The notes: generated from the letters alone by a model not told the origin. A stretch of DNA of 64,000 bases from Gnetum montanum (GCA_015680685.1 MNCI01000312.1:1-64000); one strand, 5' to 3'; counted from the first letter of the stretch, positions 1-14,461 are shown. Program-made: numbers and translations.

Positions 1-386
1 CCCAGTGGCGTACCTAGGCCTATGCTTGGTAGTCCCAGTAGCAGTTGTGCACGAAGTCCAAGATGTGTATGGTTGATCAAGGAATCGGTTGCTCGTCGCA
101 CTTAGGCTAGATTAGATTTTCTTACCTTTTCCTCTTAGCTTAGATTAGTTAATATTATTTTCCACTGTCATCAGGAGTAGCGTTAGAATTAGAACACATC
201 ATACACCTCATCTAGACTAAACCATACGTGACATATGCAAAACTAGTCTAGATGGGAAGACAGCGAACTGCGACCTAAGGCTAACTATCTAGATACCACA
301 ACTAGTCCATCTGCGGAGTTCGACCGGATCGCGCGTGCGACGCTCGTTTCGTATGGTTGAGTGTAGGGGTACCTCGCCACTCATCA
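1..386 (+). mobile_element. 3' end of an LTR (family unrelated to E0-E3), truncated by the window start
   Basis: Positions ~313-386 closely match ~3890-3964 (GGAGTTCGACCGGAT...GTATGGTTGAGTGTAGGGGTACCTYGCCACTCATCA). Both end in CATCA, the terminus of the TSD-flanked LTR at 3044-3964. Confidence 0.6.
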
Positions 387-3043
387 ACTGGGACGTCTAC
401 TGCAAAAACCCAACTCTCAAGTGAGACTTCTACTATTGAGACATCTCAATTTCTGTTGTAGGTGCCAAATACAAAAATGTTCGTTTTGATGCTTGGAACC
501 TTTGGATGCCTTTGAACAAGTTCCCATAGACTCAGGAACCTCCTAGACTCATTGAAATGAGTCCAAAACACCCCCAATATATGTCAAAACATCCAAGAAT
601 CATCATCAACAAAATCAACACAAGAAGACACAAAAAAATGACACATTTGTCCAAGTCTTCTTCAAGAAAGAAACTTGCAAAAATAACTTGTAGGATAAGC
701 ACAAGGAAATCGAAAGAGATGTTCTTACACCATATAACTAGGGGTTTGAGCCATAATTCATGTTTTTGATCCCTAAAATAATGTTGGATGATGATAATCT
801 CAAATTCAAAATTTTTCAACTTACTAACATATATCTTGAGGAGTTTCTAATCATCCATTGGGATCCCATCATTAGGTTGGAACAAATTGTAGCATCAGAG
901 ATGTATGTCATGTCTCACAATGAATAACTTTTGTAAGGTGATCCCTAACCTCTTGGCAATGAAAAATAATAAAGCTAGCAAAAAATGTAGTCTCTAGGGC
1001 TTTTTCGAGAATTGCTTATAATTTTGGAAATAGCAATAGATCATGTTTTTAAAATTTTAGAAGCTTAGAATAATCTATAGGATGTTAGATTTTGTTTTAT
1101 AGTTTTCTTTAATTTTAGTCATCCTCTTAGATCCTATATTTTAAGTTCTTAGTAATTTTGGATTCCTACTTAATAGTAACTTTTTTTGTCTTGGATATTT
1201 AATTTGCATATGTTAACTAATATAGATATGTTTCCCCATCACCTAGAGCTTTGTTTGGACATACATACATACATATGAATGAATGATTTTATGATTATTT
1301 GAATTTGGACTTTTAGTTAGTAATATTTATAGAGTTGCCTTTATTGGTAGATATTCTAACATGTTATAGTGCTTACATGAGTTGAATTTCTTAGTAAGAA
1401 GCAAAACACTTATGTAGGTTTCCTTTCTTAGTAAGTACTATTTATTTTTTTATCGTGCTTATAGGAGTTTCCTTTTTTTAGAAGGATCTAAATACTTATG
1501 TGGATTTATGTTCTTGGTAAGTATCATTCATTTAGTTTTGGTTTTGTTTGGGTTTTCTGGGTGATGATAGAGTCTTTCAGTTATTTCTATAGTTTGGTAA
1601 TTAATTTTGATATTTGTTTATTTTTTTATTTTGGTATACTTTTATGTTTGGTACTAACTCTTTGCATGTAGCTACTTTTCATGCATGACTATCCAGCTAT
1701 CTAATGCCTAAATCAAAATCAAGAAAGAAGTTTTTATAGTTTGTTTTCCCTACTTAGTTATAGGATTGATTTTCCTTGTATTTTTATGCCTTTCAAGTGA
1801 TTCATATAGTTGTGAGGAAGAGGAGTTAGATGAAGAAGTTAATGCCGAAATCACTATTTTTAATACATTTCTAGTTTAACCACTATGTTTCTAATTGTAT
1901 GTTTTTCTTCTAAGTTGTATGTTCAATTGGAATTTTTGGATTATGTAATGCTTTTCATTAGTTGTGAGGATTTCTATTTATATTTCTTTGGTGTAGGCTT
2001 AACTTTGTCAAGAAACTTATTTATGTGACATTGGATATTTTCATCTACTTGTATTTAGCAATTTTATTATTGTTAGATCCCAATGCATTTATAAATATTA
2101 TATTATTCTATATCAGTATATTTTATTTATTTATTCCACTATTTTGTGGTATCCTACTATTATTTTTGGCTTGGGTAATAGAGCTTTGAACTATTTTTAT
2201 GAGTGAGAAGATTAGTTTTTGTAGTCATGGGGCTATTATCATTGTAATTTACATTTTTCTTTTTAATGCTCAATGTTTTTCTACCTTGATGCTTTTGTTT
2301 TTCATGTCTACTACTTTGCCTATCATAAGTCTCTTAGCATTCAACATTTTCTTAGGCTATGTTTTTTTAATTTTATTTGCGCATTTTATTTTCCATATGT
2401 AATATCTTTCTAGCTTAAGCTTCATAGTCAAGTGTTACGCACAACATACTTAATAGCTCTGCACATGCTTTTAAAAAAATATGATAGCACCATGATTATA
2501 ATGACCAATAAGTAAATATAATCAATAAGAGCCATATAAACAATGATACATATTTAGGAGCTTCTAGTGAGCATAATAGTTAGTGCATAAAAATAGATAC
2601 ATTGTGATGATATCAAACCATGTATATATAATCTGACAGTTATATCATTAGACAGTTATAGAGATAAGATAAAATACGAATCAAGAGATACAAAGATAGA
2701 GATCTCTAGATGTGGAACATTATTCAATAGAAAACCAAAGAAGATAACTATGGTAAAACAATTGATGGTTGTTGTGTATAAGGATACACCTAAAGAAATA
2801 TAAACTAATCTATCATTTTTTGGAACCCTTAATTTCTAGGTTTGAACTATTCTGTTAGTTGTAATAATCATAGTGTCTACATTGTTTATCATCATTACAT
2901 TTGCCCCCTTGTTAATCACTATCCATAAAGTCACTATCTCTTCTCTACAAGGATTGATTGTACTTAAGCTTAGACACAATATTCATTTATTTATTAAAGA
3001 AAGAGGACATTATTCCCTTCCTTAGCTTTGATTGTAATGTCTT

Positions 3044-3964
3044 TGATGGGATGCGATATCGCATGGGCCGCTGCTAGTTCTATAAATAAGAGAAGGCTCT
3101 CCCTTGTTTCTCCATCTAGATCTAGACCTTAGCCAAACTCTTGTCATTTTTCTATTCCAGAGTTAGAATAATTTCCATGTGCCCGCAGTAGGAGTCCCAA
3201 AGTGAATGAATCTTTATTTGAGCAATTCTGTACCTGAGCACACAATTGTGTACGGCAATAAAGAAGAACTTTTGGATAAACCTTGNNNNNNNNNNNNNNN
3301 NNNNNNNNNNNNNNNNNNNNNNNNNNNNNNNNNNNNNNNNNNNNNNNNNNNNNNNNNNNNNNNNNNNNNNNNNNNNNNNNNNNNNNNNNNNNNNNNNNNN
3401 NNNNNNNNNNNNNNNNNNNNNNNNNNNNNNNNNNNNNNNNNNNNNNNNNNNNNNNNNNNNNNNNNNNNNNNNNNNNNNNNNNNNNNNNNNNNNNNNNNNN
3501 NNNNNNNNNNNNNNNNNNNNNNNNNNNNNNNNNNNNNNNNNNNNNNNNNNNNNNNNNNNNNNNNNNNNNNNNNNNNNNNNNNNNNNNNNNNNNNNNNNNN
3601 NNNNNNNNNNNNNNNNNNNNNNNNNNNNNNNNNNNNNNNNNNNNNNNNNNNNNNNNNNNNNNNNNNNNNNNNNNNNNNNNNNNNNNNATTAAAGCTTAGT
3701 TAGTGAAAGTTAGTTACTTAGTTTCTTCACCCTTTCCCCTCTTAGCATAGGCGATAAAAACATAAAAGATATAAAAATCACATGCCTCAAGCTTACTTAA
3801 CCATACAACTGTGACAAATATAAGTAAGCTTGGGAGGACAACAATTGATTAACCTTAAGTGTTCCATAAGGCGTGTAGGCACTTAGTCTGTGGAGTTCGA
3901 CCGGATTGCACGTGTAACGCTAGTATTCGTATGGTTGAGTGTAGGGGTACCTTGCCACTCATCA
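3044..3964 (+). mobile_element. Solo LTR, or a collapsed LTR element spanning the gap, with TSD GTCTT
   Basis: It starts TGATG (3044) and ends CATCA (3964), giving inverted termini. GTCTT flanks it at 3039-3043 and 3965-3969. There is a TATA-like TATAAATA near 3081. True length is unknown because of the N gap. Confidence 0.75.
3286..3687. other. Assembly gap (402 N)
   Basis: Run of n. Confidence 1.
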
Positions 3965-4387
3965 GTCTTCTTCAATTTCTCTTTCTTCCCACACAAAGTG
4001 TTTTACTATATCATCTTAGCTAATATTGGTTTTTTTCTCATTGATCACATGTTAAATCATTATGTATCTATCTTTATTGTTTCTTATATTAGATAATTCT
4101 ATGTTCGATTAGTAGAATAGGTTCTCTAATTTCTTGTTACCTTTGATCCATAGGGATTCTATTTTTAAGACCGTTCATGGTTGCTAGTCAAGTATACTTG
4201 CTTCGCGAGCGTAGCTTTTGTTTGAATGGTTGTCATGGAATAATTTTGCAATAACACATAACATAGGTTAGAAAAACAAAGCATAGGAAGGTTATAAGGA
4301 TATATTTATTGGTAAGTAATGAATGAGCAAATGAAAAGATACGTTTGAACACTATCATTATTCGTTTGTAGAACAACCATGGGAAGA

Positions 4388-4450
4388 CACTATCATTGAT
4401 TTTTGTTGCGGGTATTCCACTATCATTGATTTTTGTTGCGGGTATTCCAC
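4388..4450. repeat. Perfect 30-bp tandem duplication
   Basis: CACTATCATTGATTTTTGTTGCGGGTATTC occurs twice in tandem. Confidence 0.9.
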
Positions 4451-5439
4451 ATACCTAGAAGAGTAATAATTGTATTTTAGTTATTGCACACAAATTTTCA
4501 AAAATGGTTCATTTTTGTTCTCCGTTTTAAAACTCATGATAGCAACAAGGTGACAAAGTTATTCTAAAAATCATAAACTCTTACGGCATTCTTTGACGTA
4601 TCATAAGCTTTTCGTTGCTTATAAGTTGTCTATCATTCCTACTTTCGTAAGTTGAAATTGTTTTCTCCATTTGCAAAGTCAATTGCCTATTGCCTCCAAG
4701 TTGGTAGGTTGGAGTTCTCTATCGATTTTGCTTTCTGAATCCGTAACCGTTGTTTATTCTATCATTTTGGTAGTTTGCTATCTCTCCATAGGTGGAATGT
4801 ATGATGTACAATTTCGTAAACTTGTGAACCTCTTTCTTCAGAATCTGTGGCTACTGATTGTTGCTGTAGTTTTGCCCTTAAATGGTTCGTTAAGGGTTTC
4901 GTAAGACGACCCCGTCTTGAATTTCCAAATATGTTTTTACCGCTGCAAAGTAGCCGCTGTAACTGGTCAGAAGCTGAAGACTAATGGATCACCAAGTAAT
5001 TTTCAAAGTGAGTTGAATTGGTGGTATACATAAAAACCACAAGAACAAGACAAACGCTTGGATGCTTTAATCACAATTCTATAAACAAGATAAAGTCGAG
5101 GAAGATCTTTTTACGCTATTAAATCCGGGGGATAAATACTTCGAGCATTAACCATCCATTATCCTGGTCTGTCTAATCTGGTAAGTAGAGTAAAGTTGTC
5201 TGCATGAATTTTACAGATTGACGCCTTGTTGTCCGAACCTTCATCATCCGTTCTAGAATTCACTTATATGATTCCGTGCACGTGCACCAGCCCTGCGTAC
5301 CCACTGAACATTAAGCGTGATTCAAGGCGCATCAATGCTTTTAGGGTTTTTTTGCTTTCTTTCTTGGTGAAGTCGGCAGAAGCATTCTCCTCGTGCAGAA
5401 TTCGCATTTTTTGTTTGTTCCGGTTGCCTTTGTGTACTG

Positions 5440-6451
5440 GGTCAAAATTCGGGTTCCAGAAGCAGACAACTCTTTTTTGTTTTTTGCACAAACATCAAAA
5501 TTTCTGCACCTGCAATTAACCGAGTCTCTCTCCTAACTCAAGGATGCGTCCTTTATCTCTTAAAGTGATTCCTACGATAATTATCTCATGATAAACCTTG
5601 TTGACCTTAACGAGTTTGTATTTGTTTAGCAATGCGTATGCATAAGAAACTGTGACCGGCCAGGCCAGCTTACAGTATCTGAAAATTGATAAGAAATCCA
5701 TTTTTCCATTCCAGACCAGCAAGGCATTAAAAACCATTCACAAGATCCTTAGCGTTGTTGCAAAATCTTAAATGTCATTAAATGGAGGGTGGGTTCAGTG
5801 GGTAGTTGCTTTCAGTCCATTTCCGTGACCCGGTCAACCGACCACAGCATTTGTGTTAGAGTTGCAGGTTTCACACCGTCTCTGCCACAAAATCAAAATG
5901 AAAAAGTTTTATACCAACTAATTTGTCATCATCATCATCAGCTTCCAGGCTCACCATGTACTACTACCAATGTACATGAAACGTGATCTCTCTCTTTATC
6001 TGGAAGCCCAAGAGGAAAATGAAAGATAAAACAGTGCACTGTGATATAAATGAACCGTGAACCGATTATGATAGGCTCTGGATGAGTGTGCGAGGGAAAA
6101 CCCAAAGTCAGTAAAAGCAGTCAGAAGCGACAGCTAGCCGTCCACTGTGATGAAAATGATCGGTAAACGATTATGACATGTAGGACTTACTTCTGGAGGA
6201 GTGTGCGAAGGAAGAGCTAAAAATAAGTAAAATCAGTCAAAGATGGAGGCCGCATGGACACTTGCAGACATTGCAATTGCGTAAAGCAACTGGCTTCCAT
6301 CCACAGTGGAATCATTGACTTGGTATTGGCCCTGCAATTTTCATGTACCTATCCTGACAAACTCCAGAGAAAAAACACATCCCCAAATAATGCACAACCG
6401 GCTTTTGCAGGATCAGAAATACTGAAACAGTATCATCATAACAAGAGTCAA
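5440..6451. promoter_or_regulatory. Putative RLK promoter with a W-box (TTGACY) cluster
   Basis: TTGACY or its reverse complement at 5440, 5601, 5832, 6235, 6315 and 6446. There is also a diverged ~105-bp tandem duplication at ~6033-6243 and a TATA-like TACATATATT near 6511. Confidence 0.4.
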
Positions 6452-6559
6452 AAACCAGGGTTCGAAAGTTCAAACTGTGTGTGTCCGGTCCCATGTCACC
6501 AGATCATTAGTACATATATTGGAAACCCAGTTGCGGAGTTGTTTCCCAGGGGCAAAAAT

Positions 6560-9500
6560 ATGGCTTACAGCAGCAGCAGCCCTAAAGTTGTATTGGGTTT
6601 CGTGCTACTACTGTTGTTAGCAGCAGCAGGAAGAAGGTGTAGAGCCGTGTCTGATGATGCAAGTGTTCTTATGAAGCTGAAAACTTTCTGGCAGACAAAT
6701 GGCTTACTGAATGATTGGCAGCTGACCAGTTCTAATTCCAAGTCTAAGCATGATGAAAACGCTCCCTGCGACTGGACTGGAGTCACCTGTGATGAATCCA
6801 ATACCTCTGTCATCTCGCTGCACCTCAGTAATATGGACATCTCTGGCCAAATCCCTGATCTCATCGCTAATCTCCGAAATCTTACTGCTCTAAATCTCAC
6901 ATGGTGTTCTTTCACAGGAGATTTTCCTCAGTCTCTGCTCCGTATCAGACGTCTCAAATTTCTGGATATATCCAACAATCTCTTTGTTGGGCCTTTGCCC
7001 GATGATATATCCAGGCTTCCTGAGCTGCTTCTGCTGAACGTTACGGGCAACAATTTCACGGGCCAAATTCCTGCGGGTTTGAGCAAGCTCAGCAAGTTGG
7101 AGACCCTGTTCCTCGACGGCAATTTGTTCAGCGGAACAGTCCCTGCTTTCTTGGGCAACATCACAGAGCTGAAGCAATTGACACTGGCCTACAATCCTTT
7201 CTCGCCTGGTTCTATCCCAGACCTGAGCAATTTGACAAGGCTTGAGTACGTGTTCATGGCGAACTGCAGTTTTGTGGGAGAAATTCCGGCATGGTTTGGA
7301 AACATGCCCAATTTGACCCACCTGGACCTATCGAGTAACAATCTTACCGGAAGAATTCCTGAGGAATTGTCAAGTCTCAGGAATCTGGCAGGAATTTATC
7401 TGTACTATAACAGCTTGTCAGGCCCTATTCCTGAAAATATTGGGCGCATGAAAAGTCTCCGGGAACTGGATATCGCCATGAACAATCTTGATGGAAGCGT
7501 GCCTGAAAGCATCGGAGAGCTGGTCGGCTTGCAGAAACTTTATTTATATGGAAACAAGTTCTCCGGTTCTCTGCCCTCCAGTCTTGGGAAGCTTACAAAT
7601 CTGGTTTTCCTGAAGCTCTTCCAGAACAGTTTCTCAGGAACTCTGCCGCAAGGACTGGGCCTGTCTTCAAGCCTCTTGTATTTTGATGTGTCGAGCAACA
7701 ATCTGTCAGGGCCTCTCCCTGAGCAGAATCTGTGCTTCGGAAAGCAGTTGCAGTCATTCTTGGTGTTCTCCAACAACTTCAATGGAAGCCTTCCAGATTT
7801 TCTGGGCAGCTGCAGTAGTCTGTTGTCCGTGAGAGCTCAGAAGAACCAGTTGAGTGGCACCGTTCCAAAGGGTTTATGGATTTCCCCACTTCTGCAGGAG
7901 CTCCATCTGTACCAGAATTCCTTGCATGGGGAAATCCCATCTGGGATGACATCCTCCATGGGTGATTTGCAGATATCGGACAACCGGCTCAGCAGCAGCA
8001 TCCCCTCTGATATCGGAAGGCTTGTAAATCTGTCTGTATTTTCGGCCAGTGGCAACAATTTGTCCGGTGGAATTCCTGTTGGTCTTACCAGTCTGCGTTT
8101 CTTGACGGTTCTGCAATTGGATCATAATGGCCTGTCAGGGGATCTTCCACAGAATAATCTGTCATGGACCCAGCTTGCTGTCCTGAATCTTGCCAACAAC
8201 CAACTCACAGGGCAGATTTCTGAATCGTTGGCTTCTCTTCCTGTGTTGAATAGTCTTGATCTTTCAAACAATCGCCTTTCTGGTTCCATACCTTCACAGT
8301 TGGGTGACCTGAAGCTGAGCTTTTTGAATTTGTCCAACAACAACTTGCAAGGAGCAGTTCCCCAGGAGTACAACAATGAGGCATACGACAGAAGTTTTCT
8401 GGGCAATCCAGGATTATGTGGAGCGGGAGCACTGGGCCTCCGTTCTTGCAGCTCAGGAGGAGGTAAATCTGAAACACCCAAAATCGTTATAATTTCTGTA
8501 GTTTTGGCGATGGCGTGCATCATCGTTATTGGATTGCTGTGGAAGTCGTACAAAGATTTCCGCCGGTACAAAAAACCAGACACAGATTTGTGGCACTTCA
8601 CATCTTTCTGCAAAGTAGGGTTTGATGAGACCCACATTGTGAAGAATCTGACGGAGGAGAATGTAATAGGAGTCGGAGGATCAGGTAAAGTTCACAAGGT
8701 CACTCTGGGGGATGGAACCATTGTGGCTGTGAAAAAGATTCAGAGTAATCAATCAGAGGCTTTGGAAAGCAAGGAGTTCCGGGCAGAGGTAGAAACTGCG
8801 GGAAATATCAGACATGCAAATATTGTGAAGCTGCTTTCCTGCATCTCTGGTTGTGATTCAGAGCTTTTGGTTTATGAATTCATGGCCAACGGTTCCTTGT
8901 ATGAGCGCCTCCATGTCCATGGGAATGATTCACAACAAGGGCAAACATTAGCATGGCCTGTCCGATACCAAATTGCTCTTGGGGCTGCTCGAGGACTTTC
9001 CTATCTCCACCATGACTGCTCTCCTCCAATCATTCACAGAGATGTCAAGTCCAGCAACATATTGCTGGATTCTGAGTTCATGGCCCACATTGCTGACTTT
9101 GGTCTGGCAAGAAAAATCAAAGGAAAACTGGGTCAGGAGGATCTTGTGTCAACAATTGCAGGCACCCATGGCTACATTGCTCCAGGTAACAATCCAGATC
9201 ATACTTCGCTTTTTAGCAAACATATCTCATTTGATTTTATAAAATCTATATTGCCCTTGGATTTTTAACACATATCTCTGAATTTATACCAAAGGCATAC
9301 TTGACTTCCATTTTCTCTTTTACAAGACTGTTCAAATGATACTTCTTGTAACTGATTTGTGAGTGGGAGATGTTAAAGGTGCTTATTTCTTCAAGTTGTA
9401 ATAACTGTGAAAAAGGAGGTTAAACTTTTTACTTTTCCACTAATTCTTACGGGACCTGCTTTTGATGGCAATTTTTTGACTGATTATAAACTACCAACCC

Positions 9501-10267
9501 TCATGAGACCTGCTTGGGTGCTGATAATCATCATGAGGACCTGCTTGGGTGTTTGACACTTTTTTGTCTAGTTACAACTACCCATCATTATGACGATCTG
9601 CTTGGATGTATGAACATTGAACCCTCAGTTTTTAGAAGGTTAATTTCTGCCTCACATAGCAGAGAATCAAAGTGCTATAAGGTTAGGAGAATATAGATAG
9701 GGCCGAGGTTAACAGTTAACTGAAAATTTATCTGTCACCCGCCAATGCACACTGTACTTGTCAATTTCATGATTCTGAATGCGCTTGTAAATTTCATGAT
9801 TTTGGATTTGTGATGCAGAGTATGCCTACACCCTGAAGGTGAATGAGAAGAGTGACATTTACAGCTTTGGAGTGGTTCTTCTTGAACTGGTGACAGGAAA
9901 GAAGGCCAATGACAGGGAGTTTGGACATGGTATAGATCTTGTAAAATGGGTTAGGAAACAGGTTAACAATGACATAGATTTGGCTTTGGATTCAAGAATG
10001 CCACAAACATACAAACAGGACATGCTGATGGTGTTGAGGGCAGCTTTGCTTTGTACAAGTACTCTTCCAATCAACAGGCCTTCAATGAGGGAAATGGCAG
10101 AGATGCTGCTCATGTGCAGTCCAGATGAACGTATCAGAAATTCAGTAGCTGCCACTTTACCTTCTCATTTGAAAAGAAATCCCAGTGCTTTTCAAAGCAA
10201 GCCCAGGGATGCTTCTTCCTCTTCCTCTGTACATACGTCACCTACATCTCCATTGGATCAGGTGTAG
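6560..10267 (+). CDS. LRR receptor-like Ser/Thr kinase, HAESA/HSL-type (LRR-XI); join(6560..9185,9819..10267), 1024 aa
   Basis: Signal peptide (MAYSSSSPKVVLGFVLLLLLAAAG) and an N-cap with CDWTGVTC. About 20+ plant LRRs, then the GNPGLCG cap and a TM helix. The kinase has GVGGSGKV, VAVKK, HRDVKSSN and DFGLA. A phase-1 GT-AG intron splits GYIAP/EYAYTLKVNEKSDIYSFG, the usual LRR-XI position. The juxtamembrane WHFTSFCKVGFDE matches the HAE/HSL pattern. Spliced length is 3075 nt, in frame. Confidence 0.95.
9186..9818 (+). other. 633-bp intron of the RLK gene
   Basis: Donor CCAG|GTAACA and acceptor TGATGCAG|AG. Splicing restores the APE motif. Confidence 0.93.
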
Positions 10268-13200
10268 ATGACGACGACGATGATCTCCATGTATTATGCA
10301 TTTGTCCAAGAGTGCTAACACTGTAACAGTGAGATGTTAGGCTTTACATGACCTTTTTTTTCAGGTAGCCTTGTTGACAGCTCTCAATTTCCATGTAATG
10401 AGACAATTTGGCTCTCCCAATCTGGATGAAGAATTTGGAGCTGGCACTGACATACCTTTCATGGAAAAGTAGGAAATTTCTATGAGAACAGCTGATTTAA
10501 TGATATTAATGAGCGAAGAAACTTTTTGCCCTTGTAAAGCATATTATCTTTGCATACTTCAGATAACTCCTTTGCATTCCCCGTCATTTTAAAGGAATAT
10601 CAAACTTGAGAAAGTTAATCTAAATTATGAGAGATTAATAGGCTGCATTAGGTGGTTAAAAATTACTATGCTGTGATGCGAAAGGTAAGCAAAGTACTTC
10701 GGTGGAGTTTCTTAATTGATTTATTTATTGAGCATGAGTTTTAAACCATTAGCTAGTGTATTGTGACCTTCGTTTACCCCTCCTACCACCGTTTGGGTCT
10801 CTCATCACAAAAGAAATGATTTTGGGTACCCATGTGTGAATAAAGAAATGATTTCGGACGGAAAGGTGAATGTTAAGATAATATTAATAATTGGAAGAAT
10901 TTAAAGTACTAAGAAAGATGAAACTCCAAAACACCGATAAGTTTACTATGTAGATGGTTATTTGTGTGTATGGCTTTATAACTGATATCACTATAAGAAG
11001 AAAATTATTTGTCAAGTGGAAAAGATATTTTTAATCTTTAACTATCTTTACATCACCTGCAAAATCTACCTCTAAACTCAATATAACAAATGAACTTAAG
11101 ATAGAAATAAAAAATTCTTGCATCATATCACATCCCTAGAAAACAAAAATTTATAGAAAAATGTGGTATATATTCTAATCACCATTGCCTTGCAACTTAA
11201 AGTAGACCTTGCATTAAGAACCTGTCATCAACTTAAAGTAAACCTTGCATTGAGAACCTAACCTTGCATTGAGAACCTTTGTCATCAACTGTAGATTGCT
11301 TTTGAACATTATTTTTGATCTTTGAGCTAACATTGTTCTTAATGGATAAGTATAGATTTTCCATAGGAATTATTTGTGTGGACTAATTAACATTTCTTGT
11401 AGTAATTGTGATAGCTTATGTGCCCTTTGATTTCTCTACTAATGCTTTTTTCCTTTAGTCATTGGCATTAGCAAAATTTTTCCTATTCTTAGGTTTAACA
11501 AGTTTTCCTAACTTTGAGAAAAAAAGGATTGCATTAAATAAATGTCCTTCATGAAGATAAAAGTTGTAGAAGTTAGTAAGATTATAATATGTAATTAGCT
11601 AAATGTAAATTTTTTAATCTAACAATACCCATTATTTTAGATGGTTAAGAAGATGATTGTATATATGTATGTATGATGTGGAAATAGTTTTCGTTTGCTT
11701 AATAGAATCAAGAAGACCAACAAGCTACCACTTAGGTTTATGAAAAATCAATGGTAATGAGTGGTGAGAGTTTCTTATGCCTAATTATACAGAGATACAT
11801 AAGCACTGCAAGTGATTGTGTTGTCATCTATAGATGAAGCTCGCTTAATGTCTAGATAGTTAAGAGTTGATTGCACGTCATTGTCTACCTACTTGGACTC
11901 ATTGTGGTATTAGAGCAAACCATGACCCAAGGGCCATTCAAAACCATGGGTCGACTACAACATGAACCTGTTAATGAACCTTGAAGCCACAACACAAGGA
12001 AAGCCATTGATCATCACTAGATGTACCATATGTTTGTTATATGAGTCAAAAGATACCTTTCCATTTGATTTCCCAAACAGGGGATCAGACATTTGGATCC
12101 CAACAACCAACATAATTCTTTCATGGATATCATTAACCAATGAAGATCTGATTATGCCTCATTAAGATTCATCAATTACAAGAGATGTTGGTAAGACCGG
12201 TCTAGGTAACTCTTACCCATCTTAATACTATAATTATTAATTGATTAGGGTCATTGTTAAATTTCTTTCAAAAAAAGTTAGTAACCATGACCTGAATTGA
12301 TCTTGTTTTGTTGAAATTCACTATCCAAGTAATCTAGAAGACCTCAAGTTGCCATATGTTAGCCTAGAAATGTTAGTTCAACAAAATAGGCAATTTGGTC
12401 TTCTTAATTCTTGAAAAATTAACTTCATTTTTAAACCCTAAGATTATGTCCAACATGTAGTAATCATTGAGATGATTCCAAAGGTTTAAATTTAGTCTTG
12501 ATTAGACTTACAGTTTGGGAGATATTAATGTTTAAAGTTTTTGGTTTTGCATGCATTTAAATAATATTAAATTATTGTTTTCATTTATAAAAAAGGTCAA
12601 AATTTTAGGGTCAAGAATTAAACCTGGAATAACTGTTTAATTATACTGAACCTCCACCTAGTCATCGGTTGAACTGCCACATCGATCGCCGAGGCAAGGA
12701 GGATAATATAATAATAAAAAGTTAAAAAAATCTCTAAAATACTTATCGAGTGGGAGGTCATGGGTTCAACCTTGTGCCCCAAAATGGTTTTAATTAAATA
12801 ATAATAATAATAATATAAATAAAAAATATATTATCATTTATTAAAAAATAAAAACATAAAAAAAACCCCCTTTTGGGTAGGCTGCAATTAGCCTTATGGT
12901 TGGCCACAGCAAGGCTTGCAAGGTTGGTTAGCAGTTGGAGGCAATTGGGTTTGCTGCACAATGCCGTGGTCAACCCCAAAAGGGGGCTGGAAAGGAGGTT
13001 GGCTTACCTCTTGCACACTGCCTGCTCCCATGCCGCTGCCAAATCCCCATCCCCCTAGCCGTTTTGCATGCATGCCTATTGACCTGCCGCTTTTGTAGCC
13101 CTCCACATGCCATCATCACATTGCGTGCCCATGATGCTTCTTCTCGTTGCCTCCTCTCCAGCATGCATTGTTGCCTTCATACACACTCACGTTGTTTTCC

Positions 13201-13486
13201 TACCTATTGCTTACCATTTTTGCTATAGAAACCCTTACTGCATTTTTCGCAGCTATTGTTGACTGCGCTACTACTACCCAATGATGCTATGAATCATCGC
13301 CTCCCATGCCACTGATCATCACCTCCTATGCTACTAATCATTACTGATCAAGATCATCACCTCTCATGCCATCAATCATCACCTATTGCATTGCCAATCA
13401 TCACCTCCCTCCTCTAGTGTCGAAAAAAACCCTAGTGCAATGCACACTAGAAGACAAAAAAAAAAAAAGAAAAAAAAAACACTTGT

Positions 13487-14461
13487 TGAAACACCAGCAA
13501 ATTTGGACAACGGCGTCTCGGCTGAAAACTTTGGCAAAGTGTGGAAACTACACTCAACCCCTCTGTAGAGTGTAGAGAGCATAGCAAGTTGGAGGGAAAA
13601 TCTTGAAATTTTGCCCAAGTGTTGAGACTACGCTCTTCCCCAAGTACACTAGTTAAGAGCGTAGTCAGCCTCTTGTGGAGAGCATAGTTAGCAAAAGGTC
13701 AGTTTTCATAAATTTTGACTAAGTGTTGAGACTACATTCTTCCCTAGATGGGAGTGTAGTCAACCTCTTATAGAGAGCGTAGTTAGCAGGAAGGCTAGTT
13801 TTGCAAATTTTTTCTAAGTGTTGACACTATGCTCTCCCCCAAATTGGAGCGTAGTCAGCCTCTCATAGAGAGTGTAGTCAGCAGAAAGGCCAGTTTTTGC
13901 AAATTTTTTCTAACTATTGACACTACGCTCACCCCTAGTTAGGAGTGTAGTTAGCCTCTCATGGAGAGTGTAGTCTGTAAAAAATATATTTTCCTCATAA
14001 ATTTCACTAACAATGAGACTATGCTCTTCCCCAACCTAGAGCATAGTCAACCTCTTGTAGAGAGCGTATTCAACCAGAACAATCTCCAGTAGCCTCCATA
14101 GTGCAGCAACAATGCTTGGCTCAGCTCCAAAATGTAGACAACTCACTTTCTGCAAGCATAGTAGACAAAATATTTCCATTTTGTATATCTTTTTGTCCCA
14201 AAATTGTAACTACCCTTAACCCCACACAAGACTGTGGAGAGCGTAGTGCCATGGAGCATAGTCTTTGGCTTTCATTTCTCAAGTACCCTATAGTCTTCTT
14301 AACACATACATGTGATTGGCATCATAGTCACAGTCTCACAGTCTCATAGAGTCTAGAAGAGCATAGCAAAGCACAACACCAGTAGCCCCATCGGTACACC
14401 ACATGAATAGTGACTATGCTAAATGTAGTGCCAACCATCCCCTCTACCACATGGCAGTCAT
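13487..14461 (+). repeat. E0 5' LTR, left part (GACTACGCTCTC-type subrepeats)
   Basis: It is the reverse-complement match of the E3 LTRs (~30230-31310 and ~62745-63826). Confidence 0.85.

Noticed and set aside
387-3038. AT-rich region with short ORFs
   Set aside because: No recognisable domain. Probably old repeat debris.
3206-3703. ORFs filled with X
   Set aside because: Artefacts of the N gap.
6254-6559. 102-codon in-frame N-terminal extension of the RLK in the ORF track
   Set aside because: The signal peptide begins at ATG 6560. The extension has no recognisable features and overlaps promoter-like motifs.
9186-9268. ORF-track C-terminus GNNPDHTSLF...
   Set aside because: It is read-through into the intron. 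The kinase continues at 9819.
9495-9612. Three short GACCTGCTTGG repeats in the RLK intron
   Set aside because: A small local duplication with no evidence of function.
10900-13486. Possible decayed gene or DNA transposon downstream of the RLK
   Set aside because: There are scattered splice-like signals and short ORFs, but no domain, termini or TSD that I can support.
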